NCBI GenBank assembly: GCA_040511255.1
Contig: JBEVHL010000677.1
Location: 1-60,346 of the forward strand
Length of the DNA stretch: 60,346 nucleotides
Direction of reading: 5' to 3'
From: Mycobacterium sp.
GTDB taxonomy: Bacteria > Actinomycetota > Actinomycetes > Mycobacteriales > Mycobacteriaceae
Shown: piece by piece, positions 39,651-49,191 of the stretch
How positions within the stretch are numbered: position 1 is the stretch's first letter
Layout: each line of letters starts with the position of its first letter
Notes under the pieces: generated by a model
Told to the model about the DNA's origin: nothing
Seen by the model: the letters and a program-made list of their open reading frames with translations, nothing else
Databases searched by the model: none
Position numbers and translations under genes: made by a program

Positions 39651-40439
39651 ATGAATGCACGTGCCTTCCTGGTCCGCGGTCTGCTGGCTGGTCTGCTGGC
39701 TGGTTTCGCGACCTTCGCTGTTGCCTTCGTCATCGGAGAACCGTACGTGGACAGGGCAATTGCGATCGAGGAGTCGACCGCTGCAGGAACCGACCACCAT
39801 GTCGACGCAGACGGCGCTGCTCTGCCGCACTCACACGACCACGAAACCGCAGTGGTGAGCCGCCAGGATCAATCGACGTGGGGGTTGGCCACTGGCACTG
39901 TGACCATCGGCGTGACGGTGGGCGGGGTTCTCGGCCTGGTGGCCGCCAGTGTGATGGGCAGGGTCGGGCGGCTGTCACCGGGGACCTCCACCGTTGTCGT
40001 GGGTGTGGTCGGTTACGTGTCGGCGGTCCTTGTACCGTTCGTGAAGTACCCGGCCACGCCGCCGGCGGTCGGTTCGGGCGAAACGATCGGGCAGCGCACC
40101 GCACTCTATTTCACTTTCCTGCTCATATCCGTTGCGGCCGCGGTGGTCTGCTCGATCATCGCGGCGAAGGTGCTTGACACCCGAGGGGTGCAAGGTGCGG
40201 TGCTCACCGGCGCGGGGGTGTACCTGGCGGTCGTCGTGGCTGCCGGCGCACTGATGCCCACCGTCGACGAGATAGGCGACTTCCCAGCCGACGTGCTCTG
40301 GGATTTCCGGTTGGCGTCTGTGATCACACTGACCGCGTTGTGGGCAATGACGACCATCGTGCTCACCGCGTTGATCCGTCGGCTCCACGCCGAGCAGTCG
40401 AAAGTCCAGGCGCGTAGACACTTTGCGGCGAGTCTTTGA
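39651..40439 (+). CDS. cbtA: Cobalt transporter subunit CbtA
   Basis: GLLAGLLAG, GEPYVDRAIAIEE, KYPATPPAVG, FPADVLWDFR. Confidence 0.9.
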   Translation: MNARAFLVRGLLAGLLAGFATFAVAFVIGEPYVDRAIAIEESTAAGTDHHVDADGAALPHSHDHETAVVSRQDQSTWGLATGTVTIGVTVGGVLGLVAASVMGRVGRLSPGTSTVVVGVVGYVSAVLVPFVKYPATPPAVGSGETIGQRTALYFTFLLISVAAAVVCSIIAAKVLDTRGVQGAVLTGAGVYLAVVVAAGALMPTVDEIGDFPADVLWDFRLASVITLTALWAMTTIVLTALIRRLHAEQSKVQARRHFAASL

Positions 40440-40523
40440 CTTCTGAAACGATTCTGCCTGGATCGTTGCGTCAAGTCACGACTACTATGAGCGACCGCGG
40501 CATTCCCCAATGTTCAAATGCTG

Positions 40524-41354
40524 TCAACGAGCGCCACTGGGATGAAGTCCAAAGTTCACCCCGCCGACGTCGTGGGCGATCGCCACTCCGCCTGGTTCGT
40601 CCAGACCAGAGGTGACCTGACTTATCAGCACCCGGCTTCTGTTCGGCGACAACAGAATCGACAGGTAATGGTGCGGTGCACCGCCGGCATGAGCGATCCG
40701 GTTGACCCGAATAACCGCCGAACCGATAGGAATGTCGAGCAAGCGAGCGGTTGCCGGTCCCGCGACCTCGGCAGTCACTTCATGGTCGAGTTTGTCGATG
40801 ACGACGCCTGCGGTGGGGAGCAGGTCATACAGAGCCGACGCGGTCAGGGCCTTCGCGGTGACGATCTCCGACAGTTCCACGGGTAGCCACGCTTCGGTGA
40901 GCATCAGCGGCTCGGCGGTGCGCCGTTCGCGGCGTAACCGCAGCACATGCAACGCCGGTTCGGCTGAACCGAGTCGGAGGCCGACCCCCGCGGGTGGGGG
41001 TCGGTTGTCGTATTCGAGCACCTCGACATCGGTTTCGAACTGGATCTGCTTGAGCTCGTCGGCATAGGACATGCCGACGGCCGGCGATGATTGCCGATCA
41101 TTCTGGCGGACAAACGATCCCACGCCGTGGCGGCGTTCGATGTAACCCTGCTCGGCGAGATCGGCCAACGCGCGGCGCACGGTGATGCGGGAGACGCCGA
41201 ACTGTTCGCCCAGGGATTGCTCGGTGGGCAGCGGGTCGCCCTGCGCCAGAGCACCTCGGGCGATCTCGTCATGCAGCACCAGGAACAGCTGACGGTGCAG
41301 CGGCACACCGGCATCAGGTGTGGTGCCGGTGGCAGCGATTGGTCGTGGGCTCAT
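40524..41354 (-). CDS. GntR-family (HutC/UTRA) regulator
   Basis: LPTEQSLGEQFGVSRITVRRAL..HGVGSFV and a UTRA domain; start 41354 or 41369. Confidence 0.9.
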   Translation of the reverse strand: MSPRPIAATGTTPDAGVPLHRQLFLVLHDEIARGALAQGDPLPTEQSLGEQFGVSRITVRRALADLAEQGYIERRHGVGSFVRQNDRQSSPAVGMSYADELKQIQFETDVEVLEYDNRPPPAGVGLRLGSAEPALHVLRLRRERRTAEPLMLTEAWLPVELSEIVTAKALTASALYDLLPTAGVVIDKLDHEVTAEVAGPATARLLDIPIGSAVIRVNRIAHAGGAPHHYLSILLSPNRSRVLISQVTSGLDEPGGVAIAHDVGGVNFGLHPSGAR

Positions 41355-41397
41355 CAGGATTTTCAGCATAGGTGCCGCCTTGCCAAACCTCATGAAT

Positions 41398-41425
41398 TCA
41401 GTTGTACTAGTTCTATAACAACTGA
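41398..41425. promoter_or_regulatory. GntR-type operator TCAGTTGT-N12-ACAACTGA
   Basis: Perfect 8-bp inverted repeat in the divergent gap, immediately before the GAGGAGG RBS. Confidence 0.7.
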
Positions 41426-41438
41426 GGAGGGAGCCGCA

Positions 41439-42854
41439 ATGGCACAGCTGGCGACGGATCCAACGGGCCCGACGGGTGCGCTGGCCACCTGGGTGGCGAA
41501 CCTGACGCTCGACGCAGTACCGCAGCAGGTCGTCGAGCGAGCCAAACACCTGCTGCTCGACGGGCTGGGGTGCGCCTTGATCGGTGCGCAGCTGCCCTGG
41601 TCGCGAGTGGCGACTGACGCGGTCCTCGGCTTGGAAGCACGCGGTGACACCATCGTCATCGGCACCGGTCGTACCACCAGCCCGGCCGCCGCCGCGGTAC
41701 TCAACAGCACCTTCATCCAGGGGTTCGAACTCGACGATTTTCATCCCATCGCGCCCCTGCACAGCGCATCGCTGATCATTCCGGCCCTGCTGTCCACGGC
41801 CACGTTGCTTCCCTCGGTCAGCGGCGCCGACGTGCTCGTGGCAGCCATCGCCGGTTTCGAAGTCGGCCCCCGCGTGGGCTACACGCTGCACGGTGCACAG
41901 ATGCTCGACCGCGGTTGGCATTCCGGCCCGGTGTTCGGCACCCATGCCGCCGCGATGGCCGCGGGCAGGTTGCGCCACCTGTCGCCAGGACAACTCGAAG
42001 ACGCACTCGGGATGGCTGCCACCCAGTCATCGGGCCTGATGGCTGCCCAGTACGAGGCGATGAGCAAACGGATGCAACACGGGTTCGCCGCCCGCAACGG
42101 CTTCTACGCGGCGGGCCTGGCGGCGGGCGGCTACACCGGTATCAAGCGGGTGTTCGAACGCGAGTACGGCGGGTTCCTCAGTGTTTTCGGAGAGGGTCAC
42201 TACCCGGACGCCGCCCAGCTGACCGGTCAGCTCGGGCAACGCTGGGAAACGCAGACCATCATGGTCAAGTCCTACGCGGCGATGGGCGGATTACACGGCG
42301 CAATCGACGCCGCCCGTCAACTGCGCAATTCCGTTGACGTCCAGGCGATCTCGGCCATCGATATCACTGTCGGGGACACCGTCTACAAGCACGGTTGGTG
42401 GAAACCCGAGCGACCACTGACCGCCATCGGTGCACAGATGAACATCGGCTACGTCACGGCCGCGGCCCTGTTGGACGGGAACGTGCTGCCCGAACAGTTC
42501 ACCACCGCCCGGTTGGCCGCCGACGATATCTGGGTGCTGATCTCCCGCACGAACGTCCACCTCGACGAAGCGCTGTCCGATGCGCCGGTCGACGAACGGT
42601 TCCGCACCGACCTGACCGTCACCACCGACGACGGAGCACAACGCCATCTCCGGGTGGACCAGCCGCACGGCGGCCCAGTCGACCCGGTCAGCAACGCCGA
42701 ACTCGTGACGAAATTCCACGCCGTGGCCGACCGGGTCACCACACCTGCGCGTGCCGCCGCCATCGAGCGCGCCGTACTCGGTCTCGACAACCTCGATCAC
42801 ATCGCCGACCTGACCGAGCTACTCGCAGGCCCCGTCGCCGCCACCCTGAACTGA
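41439..42854 (+). CDS. MmgE/PrpD-family protein, cis-aconitate decarboxylase (CadA)-like
   Basis: FIQGFELDDFHPIAPLHSAS, GWHSG, KRMQHGFAARNG, VKSYAAMGGLH. Confidence 0.85.
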   Translation: MAQLATDPTGPTGALATWVANLTLDAVPQQVVERAKHLLLDGLGCALIGAQLPWSRVATDAVLGLEARGDTIVIGTGRTTSPAAAAVLNSTFIQGFELDDFHPIAPLHSASLIIPALLSTATLLPSVSGADVLVAAIAGFEVGPRVGYTLHGAQMLDRGWHSGPVFGTHAAAMAAGRLRHLSPGQLEDALGMAATQSSGLMAAQYEAMSKRMQHGFAARNGFYAAGLAAGGYTGIKRVFEREYGGFLSVFGEGHYPDAAQLTGQLGQRWETQTIMVKSYAAMGGLHGAIDAARQLRNSVDVQAISAIDITVGDTVYKHGWWKPERPLTAIGAQMNIGYVTAAALLDGNVLPEQFTTARLAADDIWVLISRTNVHLDEALSDAPVDERFRTDLTVTTDDGAQRHLRVDQPHGGPVDPVSNAELVTKFHAVADRVTTPARAAAIERAVLGLDNLDHIADLTELLAGPVAATLN

Positions 42855-42864
42855 AAGGACGTCC

Positions 42865-43755
42865 ATGTCACCTACACCTCCGCGTCGGCAACTGCGGAAC
42901 CTGCTCGACAGCCACCAATTGATCCTCGCCCCAGGGGTTTTCGACGGTATCTCCGCCCAGCTCGCCAGACGGACCGGACATGTCGCGGCGTATCTCACCG
43001 GTGCGGGCGTCGCCGCCGCCGGCTTCGGCCTACCCGACATCGGCCTGGTGACCCAGACCGAGATGGTCGAGCGGTGCAGGATGATCGTCGACGCCCTCGA
43101 CGGTGTGCCGTTGATCGCCGACGCCGACACCGGTTACGGAGCGCCCCTGAATGTGGTCCGCACCGTCCGGCTGTACGAAAACGCTGGCGTGGCCGCCATC
43201 CAACTGGAGGATCAGGCGTTCCCGAAGCGATGCGGGCACCTGCCCGACAAACACGTCATCGACGCCGCGGTATTCGAGCAGACGCTGGCCGCCGCCCTCG
43301 ACGCCCGCACTGACGACGACCTGCTGATCATCGCCCGCACCGACGCCCGCGCACCGTTGGGTCTCGACGAGGCAATCGACCGGGCCAACCGGTACGCCAC
43401 AGCAGGGGCCGACATCATCTTCGTCGAGGCGCCGCAGGGTGTCGACGAGATCGAACGCATCGCGCGGGACGTCCGGGCACCGCTGTTGATCAACCTGGTG
43501 CTCGGCGGTCTCACGCCGCTGGAATCGGCAGCCCGTCTGCAGGAACTGGGGTACGCCATCGCGATTCATCCCGCCGACGTGTTGGCCCGCGCCGCCCTGG
43601 GGATGCTGGAGGCACTGTGCGAACTGGGCGGCGGCAACCTCGCCGACGTGCTGCCCGACAAGCCCGAGGACTTCTTCAACCTGGTCGGTCTGCAGGAATG
43701 GTCGGCGATCGACCAGAGGATCGCTGCCCACCAGGAGGCCACGTCATGGGTATGA
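42865..43755 (+). CDS. Isocitrate lyase/PEP mutase-family lyase (methylisocitrate/dimethylmalate lyase-like)
   Basis: IADADTGYG, QLEDQAFPKRCGH, IIARTDA. Confidence 0.9.
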   Translation: MSPTPPRRQLRNLLDSHQLILAPGVFDGISAQLARRTGHVAAYLTGAGVAAAGFGLPDIGLVTQTEMVERCRMIVDALDGVPLIADADTGYGAPLNVVRTVRLYENAGVAAIQLEDQAFPKRCGHLPDKHVIDAAVFEQTLAAALDARTDDDLLIIARTDARAPLGLDEAIDRANRYATAGADIIFVEAPQGVDEIERIARDVRAPLLINLVLGGLTPLESAARLQELGYAIAIHPADVLARAALGMLEALCELGGGNLADVLPDKPEDFFNLVGLQEWSAIDQRIAAHQEATSWV

Positions 43756-44993
43756 CCATCATCGAGAAGATCCTGGCCCGCAAGGCCGGGCTCGGTGCGG
43801 TGTCGGTGGGGGACACCGTGGTCGTCGACGTCGATATGACCGTGCTGATCGACCTGCAGTTCGCGACGATGTGGCTGGAACCGTTACGCATCCACGATCC
43901 CGACAAGCTGGCGATCGTGATGGACCACGCCGTGCCTGCGCCCACCCTCAAGGACGCGGCGGGCGGATCGCAGGCCAGAAAGTTCGCCGCAAGATTCGGT
44001 ATCGAACGATTCTACGACGTCGGCAGGCACGGCATCTGTCACCAGGTGATCGCGGAGAACGGCTTGGCCCGGCCGGGTGAGATCCTGGCCTGCACAGATT
44101 CACACACCTGCGCTGCCGGCGCCTACAACACCCTGGCCCGCGGACTCGGTCCCGCGGAGGTGTACTCGATTATGTGTACCGGATCCACTTGGTATCAGGT
44201 GGCTCCGACGATCCGCTACCAGCTCCACGGCGTCAAACCGGACGAGGTCAGCGGCAAGGACATCTTCCTGCACCTTGCCAACGAATACGGGGACGCGGCC
44301 AACATGAACCTGGAGTTCGGCGGCCCCGGGCTGGGGAGCATCCCCATGCATGACCGGCGCACCATCGCCGCCCAGGGCGCGGAGGTGTCCGCCGATTTCA
44401 GCACCTTCGATGTCGACAGTGTGCTCGCCGACTTCCTCGCTGACCGCGGGGTGACGAATTACCTTGCGGCCAATCCGGATCCGGACGCCAGGTACGCCGG
44501 AGTCCGCAACGTCGACCTCGCCGGGCTGGAACCGTATGTCGCGCGGCCGGGGACGGTGAGCCGAAACGGTCTGCCGGTGTCCCAGATCGAGCAACAGAAG
44601 ATCGACCAGGCGTTCATCGGGTCGTGCGCCAACGGCCAACTCGAGGACCTGGCCATCGCCGCAACGGTGTTGCGCGGCAGGACAGTAGCACCGGGTGTGC
44701 GGTTGCTGGTGACGCCGGCGTCGCAGTCGGTGTACCGCGAGGCCATGCGGCTGGGCTACCTGCAAGACATCGCCGACGCGGGCGGGGTGGTCACCAACTC
44801 CACGTGCGGCGCCTGTTTCGGATACCACATGGGTGTGGTCGGCCCCGGCGAAGTCTGCCTGACGTCGAGTACCCGCAACTTCACCGGCCGGATGGGTAGC
44901 ACCGAGGCCCAGATCTTCATGGCCTCACCCGCGACCGTCGCCGCATCGGCGGTCACCGGGTACATCACCGATCCGCGGAAGGTGACGGTATGA
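43746..44993 (+). CDS. Aconitase-family hydro-lyase large subunit (LeuC/HacA/DmdA-like)
   Basis: MDH, GICHQ, DSHT, GSCANG, CGAC Fe-S ligands, TSSTRNF. Confidence 0.92.
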   Translation: MGMTIIEKILARKAGLGAVSVGDTVVVDVDMTVLIDLQFATMWLEPLRIHDPDKLAIVMDHAVPAPTLKDAAGGSQARKFAARFGIERFYDVGRHGICHQVIAENGLARPGEILACTDSHTCAAGAYNTLARGLGPAEVYSIMCTGSTWYQVAPTIRYQLHGVKPDEVSGKDIFLHLANEYGDAANMNLEFGGPGLGSIPMHDRRTIAAQGAEVSADFSTFDVDSVLADFLADRGVTNYLAANPDPDARYAGVRNVDLAGLEPYVARPGTVSRNGLPVSQIEQQKIDQAFIGSCANGQLEDLAIAATVLRGRTVAPGVRLLVTPASQSVYREAMRLGYLQDIADAGGVVTNSTCGACFGYHMGVVGPGEVCLTSSTRNFTGRMGSTEAQIFMASPATVAASAVTGYITDPRKVTV

Positions 44994-45559
44994 CCACCGG
45001 CGCCATGACATTCACCGGCACCGTCTGGGTTTTCGGCGACGATCTGAACACCGACGCCATGTATCCGGCATTCGCGATGAAGATGGACCCGCCCGAAGCC
45101 GCCCGGCACATCTTCTACGAACTGCGACCCGGCTGGACCGACCTGGTCAGACCCGGTGACATCGTCTGCGCGGGGACGAACTTCGGGGTGGGCTCCTCGC
45201 GACCGGTGGCGACACTGTTCGCCGAACTCGGGGTGGCGGGACTGGTGGCGCAGGAATTCAACTCGCTATTCTTCCGCAATGCCGTCAACGCCGGTCTGCC
45301 CGCCATGACCCTGCCCGAGGCCACCGACATCTTCAGCGACGGCGATGCCGGCACCTTCGACCTCACCGATGGGAGCTGGCGCAACGACACCACCGGTACG
45401 TCAGGCACGGTCCCGGTGCTGCCGCAGCTCATCCTCGACATCGTCGCCAGCGGCGGCGTGATGCCGCGACTGGTCGAACAGGGTTACCTCCCAGCTGAAC
45501 TCGGCGATGTCCTACGGTCGTCCACCGTCGCCATGCGGGGCGCGGGGAGCGGAGCATGA
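44990..45559 (+). CDS. Aconitase-family hydro-lyase small subunit (LeuD-like)
   Basis: [26 protein letters not shown]. Confidence 0.9.
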   Translation: MTTGAMTFTGTVWVFGDDLNTDAMYPAFAMKMDPPEAARHIFYELRPGWTDLVRPGDIVCAGTNFGVGSSRPVATLFAELGVAGLVAQEFNSLFFRNAVNAGLPAMTLPEATDIFSDGDAGTFDLTDGSWRNDTTGTSGTVPVLPQLILDIVASGGVMPRLVEQGYLPAELGDVLRSSTVAMRGAGSGA

Positions 45560-46092
45560 TCGGCAGGCTGCTGCGCCCGATCAGGGCCTCCGCCGCCCGT
45601 GGCCCGCTCGCGGCGGCGGCACTGACGGCACCCCACACGTTGACGGTCACCAGCCCGGCGTTCGCCGACGGTGACCCGATGCCAGTGCGCTGTGCCGGAC
45701 CTGGGGTGGGAGACAACGTGTCACCCGAGCTGCGGTGGCAGGGGCTATCCGGGGACACCCGGCAGCTGATCCTGGGGCTCGACGACGTAGATGTGCCGCT
45801 GCCCATGCCGTTGCTGCACAATGTCGCCGTCCTGGCGCCGTCCCTCGGTGGCCTGGACGAGGGTGCCTTCGGTCCCGAGCCGGGGGTGCGCGTCGTGCCG
45901 ACCAGGCTGAGCTCAACGGGGTACTCGGGTCCGCGGCCGATCCCGGGGCACGGGCCGCACCGGTACCGGTTTCAGCTGCTGGCCCTGGACTGCCGGGTGC
46001 CCGGGGAGGTCGATACGGTCAAGGCGGTGCTGGCGGCGGCGGCCGGACACGTGCTGGCGCGCGGAATGCTGACCGGGACATACGAGCGGTAG
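45556..46092 (+). CDS. YbhB/YbcL-family PEBP (Raf kinase inhibitor-like) protein
   Basis: [39 protein letters not shown]. Confidence 0.85.
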   Translation: MIGRLLRPIRASAARGPLAAAALTAPHTLTVTSPAFADGDPMPVRCAGPGVGDNVSPELRWQGLSGDTRQLILGLDDVDVPLPMPLLHNVAVLAPSLGGLDEGAFGPEPGVRVVPTRLSSTGYSGPRPIPGHGPHRYRFQLLALDCRVPGEVDTVKAVLAAAAGHVLARGMLTGTYER

Positions 46093-46111
46093 GACCCCAC
46101 GTGGCGGCCCT

Positions 46112-46618
46112 TCACGGTGACGGCGGCGGCCCCGTGATCTCGACCTCGTAATGCGCTGCGAGCGCGGCTAATTCGACCGGATCTGTGGCGAGCAGATCGA
46201 CGGGCGGCAAGGACAGCGAAGCTGCGGGTGTGCCCGCACGGCGAACGAGCCCCTCGAATCCGGCCGGCGTATGCAGGGTGAGGAAGCGCGCGGCAGGGCT
46301 GGTGACGACAAAGGCATGAGGACGTGCGCGAGGCAGTACCACTGCCACACCGGGGCCCGCAGACAGCGTCTGGTCGTCGATCTCGAGTCGCAGTTCACCG
46401 TCGAGGACGAAGAACGTTTCCTCATCGCGGGAATGGACATGCCGAGGGCTGTGGTAACCACGTTCGGCAGTGTGGTCGAGGATGGCCAGACTGCCGCCGC
46501 TGTGCGTACCGCCGATGCGGATCGTGACGAGAGCACCCAGGAACCACACCGCGGATTGCGCTTCGGGAGACAGGCCGGGGGCGTCCGGCGGTTCACCGGC
46601 GGAGATGACGAACGACAT
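46112..46618 (-). CDS. Cupin domain protein (quercetin dioxygenase-like)
   Basis: PRHVHSRDEETFFVLDG..PHAF. Confidence 0.85.
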   Translation of the reverse strand: MSFVISAGEPPDAPGLSPEAQSAVWFLGALVTIRIGGTHSGGSLAILDHTAERGYHSPRHVHSRDEETFFVLDGELRLEIDDQTLSAGPGVAVVLPRARPHAFVVTSPAARFLTLHTPAGFEGLVRRAGTPAASLSLPPVDLLATDPVELAALAAHYEVEITGPPPSP

Positions 46619-46624
46619 GGTGTC

Positions 46625-47176
46625 CTACAGGGTGTTTCGCGGCGGGTGGGTCGATGTTGACCCCTCCGGGGTGAGGATCATGACCGGGATCTGGCGCTGG
46701 GTCCGTGTCTGATAGGTGGAATACCCGGCGTACTGGCGGTTGGCGGCGGCCCAGGCCCGCTCCCGGTCGGCGCCCGTGGGTTCGTGGGCATGGCAGGCGA
46801 CGAGGCCACGGCCGGGCACGAGAAGTGAGCAGTGCGGGTGTGCTTTGAGGTTGTAGTACCAGGCTGGATTGTGGGCGCGGCCGGTCGCTGAGGCGATCAG
46901 GATCCAGCCGTCGTCCGCGGGGGTGGCGATGAGGGGGATGTCCCTGGGCTGTTGGCTTTTGGCACCGGTGCATCGAAGCAGGACAGCGTTGGGGCCGAAT
47001 TTGGTGCCGGCGGCGGTGCTGATTTTTCCGCCGGTCCAGCGCATCAGGTGGGTGTCGATGGGTGTCATCAGGTGCAGGTTGGTCCATCCGCCGGCGCGGG
47101 TACGGAGGAATGTGTCAACCAGGCGGTGGTAGGCGTGTTGGAGCATGGTGGTTCTCTCGGGTGAGTTCGTGGTCAT
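46625..47176 (-). CDS. Deazaflavin (F420)-dependent nitroreductase/Ddn family
   Basis: TGAKSQQPR, HNPAWYYNLKAHP, YQTRTQRQIPV. Confidence 0.88.
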   Translation of the reverse strand: MTTNSPERTTMLQHAYHRLVDTFLRTRAGGWTNLHLMTPIDTHLMRWTGGKISTAAGTKFGPNAVLLRCTGAKSQQPRDIPLIATPADDGWILIASATGRAHNPAWYYNLKAHPHCSLLVPGRGLVACHAHEPTGADRERAWAAANRQYAGYSTYQTRTQRQIPVMILTPEGSTSTHPPRNTL

Positions 47177-47697
47177 CGCGTGGGGTGGGTGCCGTCGAAC
47201 TCCGCGGGTACCGCGGCGCCAAGGAGTTCGATCAATCGGGCGACCAGCTTGTCGAGTTCAAGGCCGACCGCGGCGATATCGGGGTCGGCGTAGCTGGCGA
47301 ACACCGTGCTTGGCTGGTCCATGACCAGGTTGGTGGTGCCCGCGGCGTCGGCGAATAACAGGACGCGCAGCGGTGCGTGCAGCATGACCGATGGGTCGTC
47401 GCGGAACATCGGTTCGGCGATGGTGTGATTACCCATCAGGTACTGGGTGGCCTTCCAGAACGAACCCGATCCGGCCATCAGTGCGGTCAAGTCGATCCGC
47501 TGGTAGGCCATGAACCCGTGGGGGGCGTTGATCTCGGCGAGCTCAAAGGCGGCCTGCCACGAGCCGAGTTGGTAGAACCTGGTGAGATCTGCGGCGGGGA
47601 CCAGGGTTTCGTAGAGTTCTCGGGCGACGTCGTAGTCGTGTGGCACTGGCACGACGATCCTGCGGACGGAGTGTTCGACGACGGAGGCAAGTGTCAT
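47173..47697 (-). CDS. DUF302 domain protein
   Basis: YLMGNHTIAEPMFRDDP..HAPLR..DQPST. Confidence 0.8.
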   Translation of the reverse strand: MTLASVVEHSVRRIVVPVPHDYDVARELYETLVPAADLTRFYQLGSWQAAFELAEINAPHGFMAYQRIDLTALMAGSGSFWKATQYLMGNHTIAEPMFRDDPSVMLHAPLRVLLFADAAGTTNLVMDQPSTVFASYADPDIAAVGLELDKLVARLIELLGAAVPAEFDGTHPTR

Positions 47698-48455
47698 GGT
47701 CGGGGGTCCTGGCTATTGGGCGTTACGAGATCGACGTGGTGGATATCGAGGGTGATCGACGGCAGGTTGAGGTTCACGGTGTTGTCGGGATTGCGGCGGA
47801 AGACGCGGCGGCGGGTGGCGACGAGCAGGCCACCGAATCTTTCGTGGCGGCTGCTGTATTGGCCGACGAGGGTGCTGCCGTTGACCTCGGTGATGTAGTC
47901 CATGCGGCGCTGCACGCCGAACGTGTCGAAGTAGAACACCTGGTGTGGGCTGTGGGTGGTGATCGAGGGTGGGAAGTCGACGGCCAGGCGCCGCCAGGTC
48001 TGGCCCGCTTCGCGCCAGGGCGTGAGTTCGGTGGTGCGCACGCCGGGTTGGGTGAACAGGAACGGCGCGGTGAAATAATTCCAGCAGGCGTATCCCAGGA
48101 AATAGCCGAGATGTGCTGCATCCCAGACACTGTTGCGCAGCATGCCGCGAAAACTGGGCCGTGCGGGACTGAGGGTGTCCACGACATGGCCGTCCGCGGT
48201 CCGAGTGCTGGTCACGGTGTCGGTGGCACCGTCGAAGGTCGTATTGCGGTCCGGCCGCGTGAACGGGGCGAAGGTGATGTGCTGGCGGCGCGTGTCGAGG
48301 GTGACGGTCTGCCGGAAGATGACCCCGACGGGCCAGCCTTTGGCTGCCCAGATCGGGCCGCCGATGCTGAGGTCCACATTGAGCGCTGTCACGGTGTTCC
48401 AGAGGTCGTGACCGCCGGCGGTGTGGACGGCGAGGTCAAGCAGGTCGCTGCTCAC
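47694..48455 (-). CDS. Conserved hypothetical protein
   Basis: Overlapping stop/start on both sides; WDAAHLGYFLGYACWNY. Confidence 0.75.
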   Translation of the reverse strand: MSSDLLDLAVHTAGGHDLWNTVTALNVDLSIGGPIWAAKGWPVGVIFRQTVTLDTRRQHITFAPFTRPDRNTTFDGATDTVTSTRTADGHVVDTLSPARPSFRGMLRNSVWDAAHLGYFLGYACWNYFTAPFLFTQPGVRTTELTPWREAGQTWRRLAVDFPPSITTHSPHQVFYFDTFGVQRRMDYITEVNGSTLVGQYSSRHERFGGLLVATRRRVFRRNPDNTVNLNLPSITLDIHHVDLVTPNSQDPRP

Positions 48456-49159
48456 GGCTGTGTCTCGGCGGCTGGGGCGGCCCAGAACGGTCCGGTGAGG
48501 CCGACGGAGGCGAAGTAGGTTGCGGCGCTGGCCGGGTCGCGTCGTTGATAACCGCGGTCGAGTCGGCCTTCATACCAGTGCCGTGCCAGGTTCCACAGGG
48601 TGGGGATGTCGAACCGGAACCCGGGATCGGTGGGGGAGAGCTCGGTGAGGTACAGGTCCAGGCAATGGTCGTCGCAGAAGATGCGCTGATGTTGGCATCC
48701 GTGTACGACATCGTTCCAGACGCGGGCCATGGGGGTGGCGAAGTGCACGATCTGGTCCCCGTCGGGGGCGCCGGCACGGGTGACGTTCCAGGCGTGGGGG
48801 GTTCGGCACTGCGGGCACCGGGTGGCGACGAGAGTATCGGGTTCGGCATCGACGAGGTGCGGGATCGCAAAGGCGTCCCAGGCGCAGCCGCCCCACCAGA
48901 TGGTGGCCTCTCCCATGACCGAGAATCCGAAGTTGGCGGTGGCGAACGGGTGGGCGAGCACGATCTGCTCGGTGTCGTCCAGGACAAGATCCCTGGAGGT
49001 GTGCAGGGTGTGTAGGCCGGCGGCGACTTGAGTCGGGGTGAGGTAGAGCCTGTCGGCGAGCTGGTCGGTGGTCTCCACGCGCCCCATGGTCGCGAGTTGG
49101 GTGTAGACGAGCAGCCGGAGGTCTTCAATTTCTGGCGCAGATAGTCTGTCGGAGTTCAT
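48452..49159 (-). CDS. Organomercurial lyase (MerB)-like protein
   Basis: N-terminal winged helix, AHPF, GGCAWDA (Cys/Asp), RCPQC, HGCQHQRIFC; GAGG RBS. Confidence 0.75.
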   Translation of the reverse strand: MNSDRLSAPEIEDLRLLVYTQLATMGRVETTDQLADRLYLTPTQVAAGLHTLHTSRDLVLDDTEQIVLAHPFATANFGFSVMGEATIWWGGCAWDAFAIPHLVDAEPDTLVATRCPQCRTPHAWNVTRAGAPDGDQIVHFATPMARVWNDVVHGCQHQRIFCDDHCLDLYLTELSPTDPGFRFDIPTLWNLARHWYEGRLDRGYQRRDPASAATYFASVGLTGPFWAAPAAETQP

Positions 49160-49191
49160 GGTTGATCCTCGGGGATGAATCGGGTGGATTG

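Noticed and set aside
39678-39704. Tandem GGTCTGCTGGCT repeat
   Set aside because: Encodes the normal GLLAGLLAG motif of CbtA
41370-41993. N-terminal extension of GntR (489-aa ORF)
   Set aside because: Overlaps the divergent MmgE/PrpD gene and the operator
41439-43755. Standard methylcitrate cycle prpD/prpB
   Set aside because: No prpC, and the MmgE/PrpD motifs are CadA-like rather than PrpD-like
43746-45559. Housekeeping leucine biosynthesis leuCD
   Set aside because: Short (415 aa) HacA/DmdA-type large subunit in a GntR-regulated catabolic context, so no symbol assigned
48452-49159. Mercury-resistance operon
   Set aside because: No merA, merR or merT in the window
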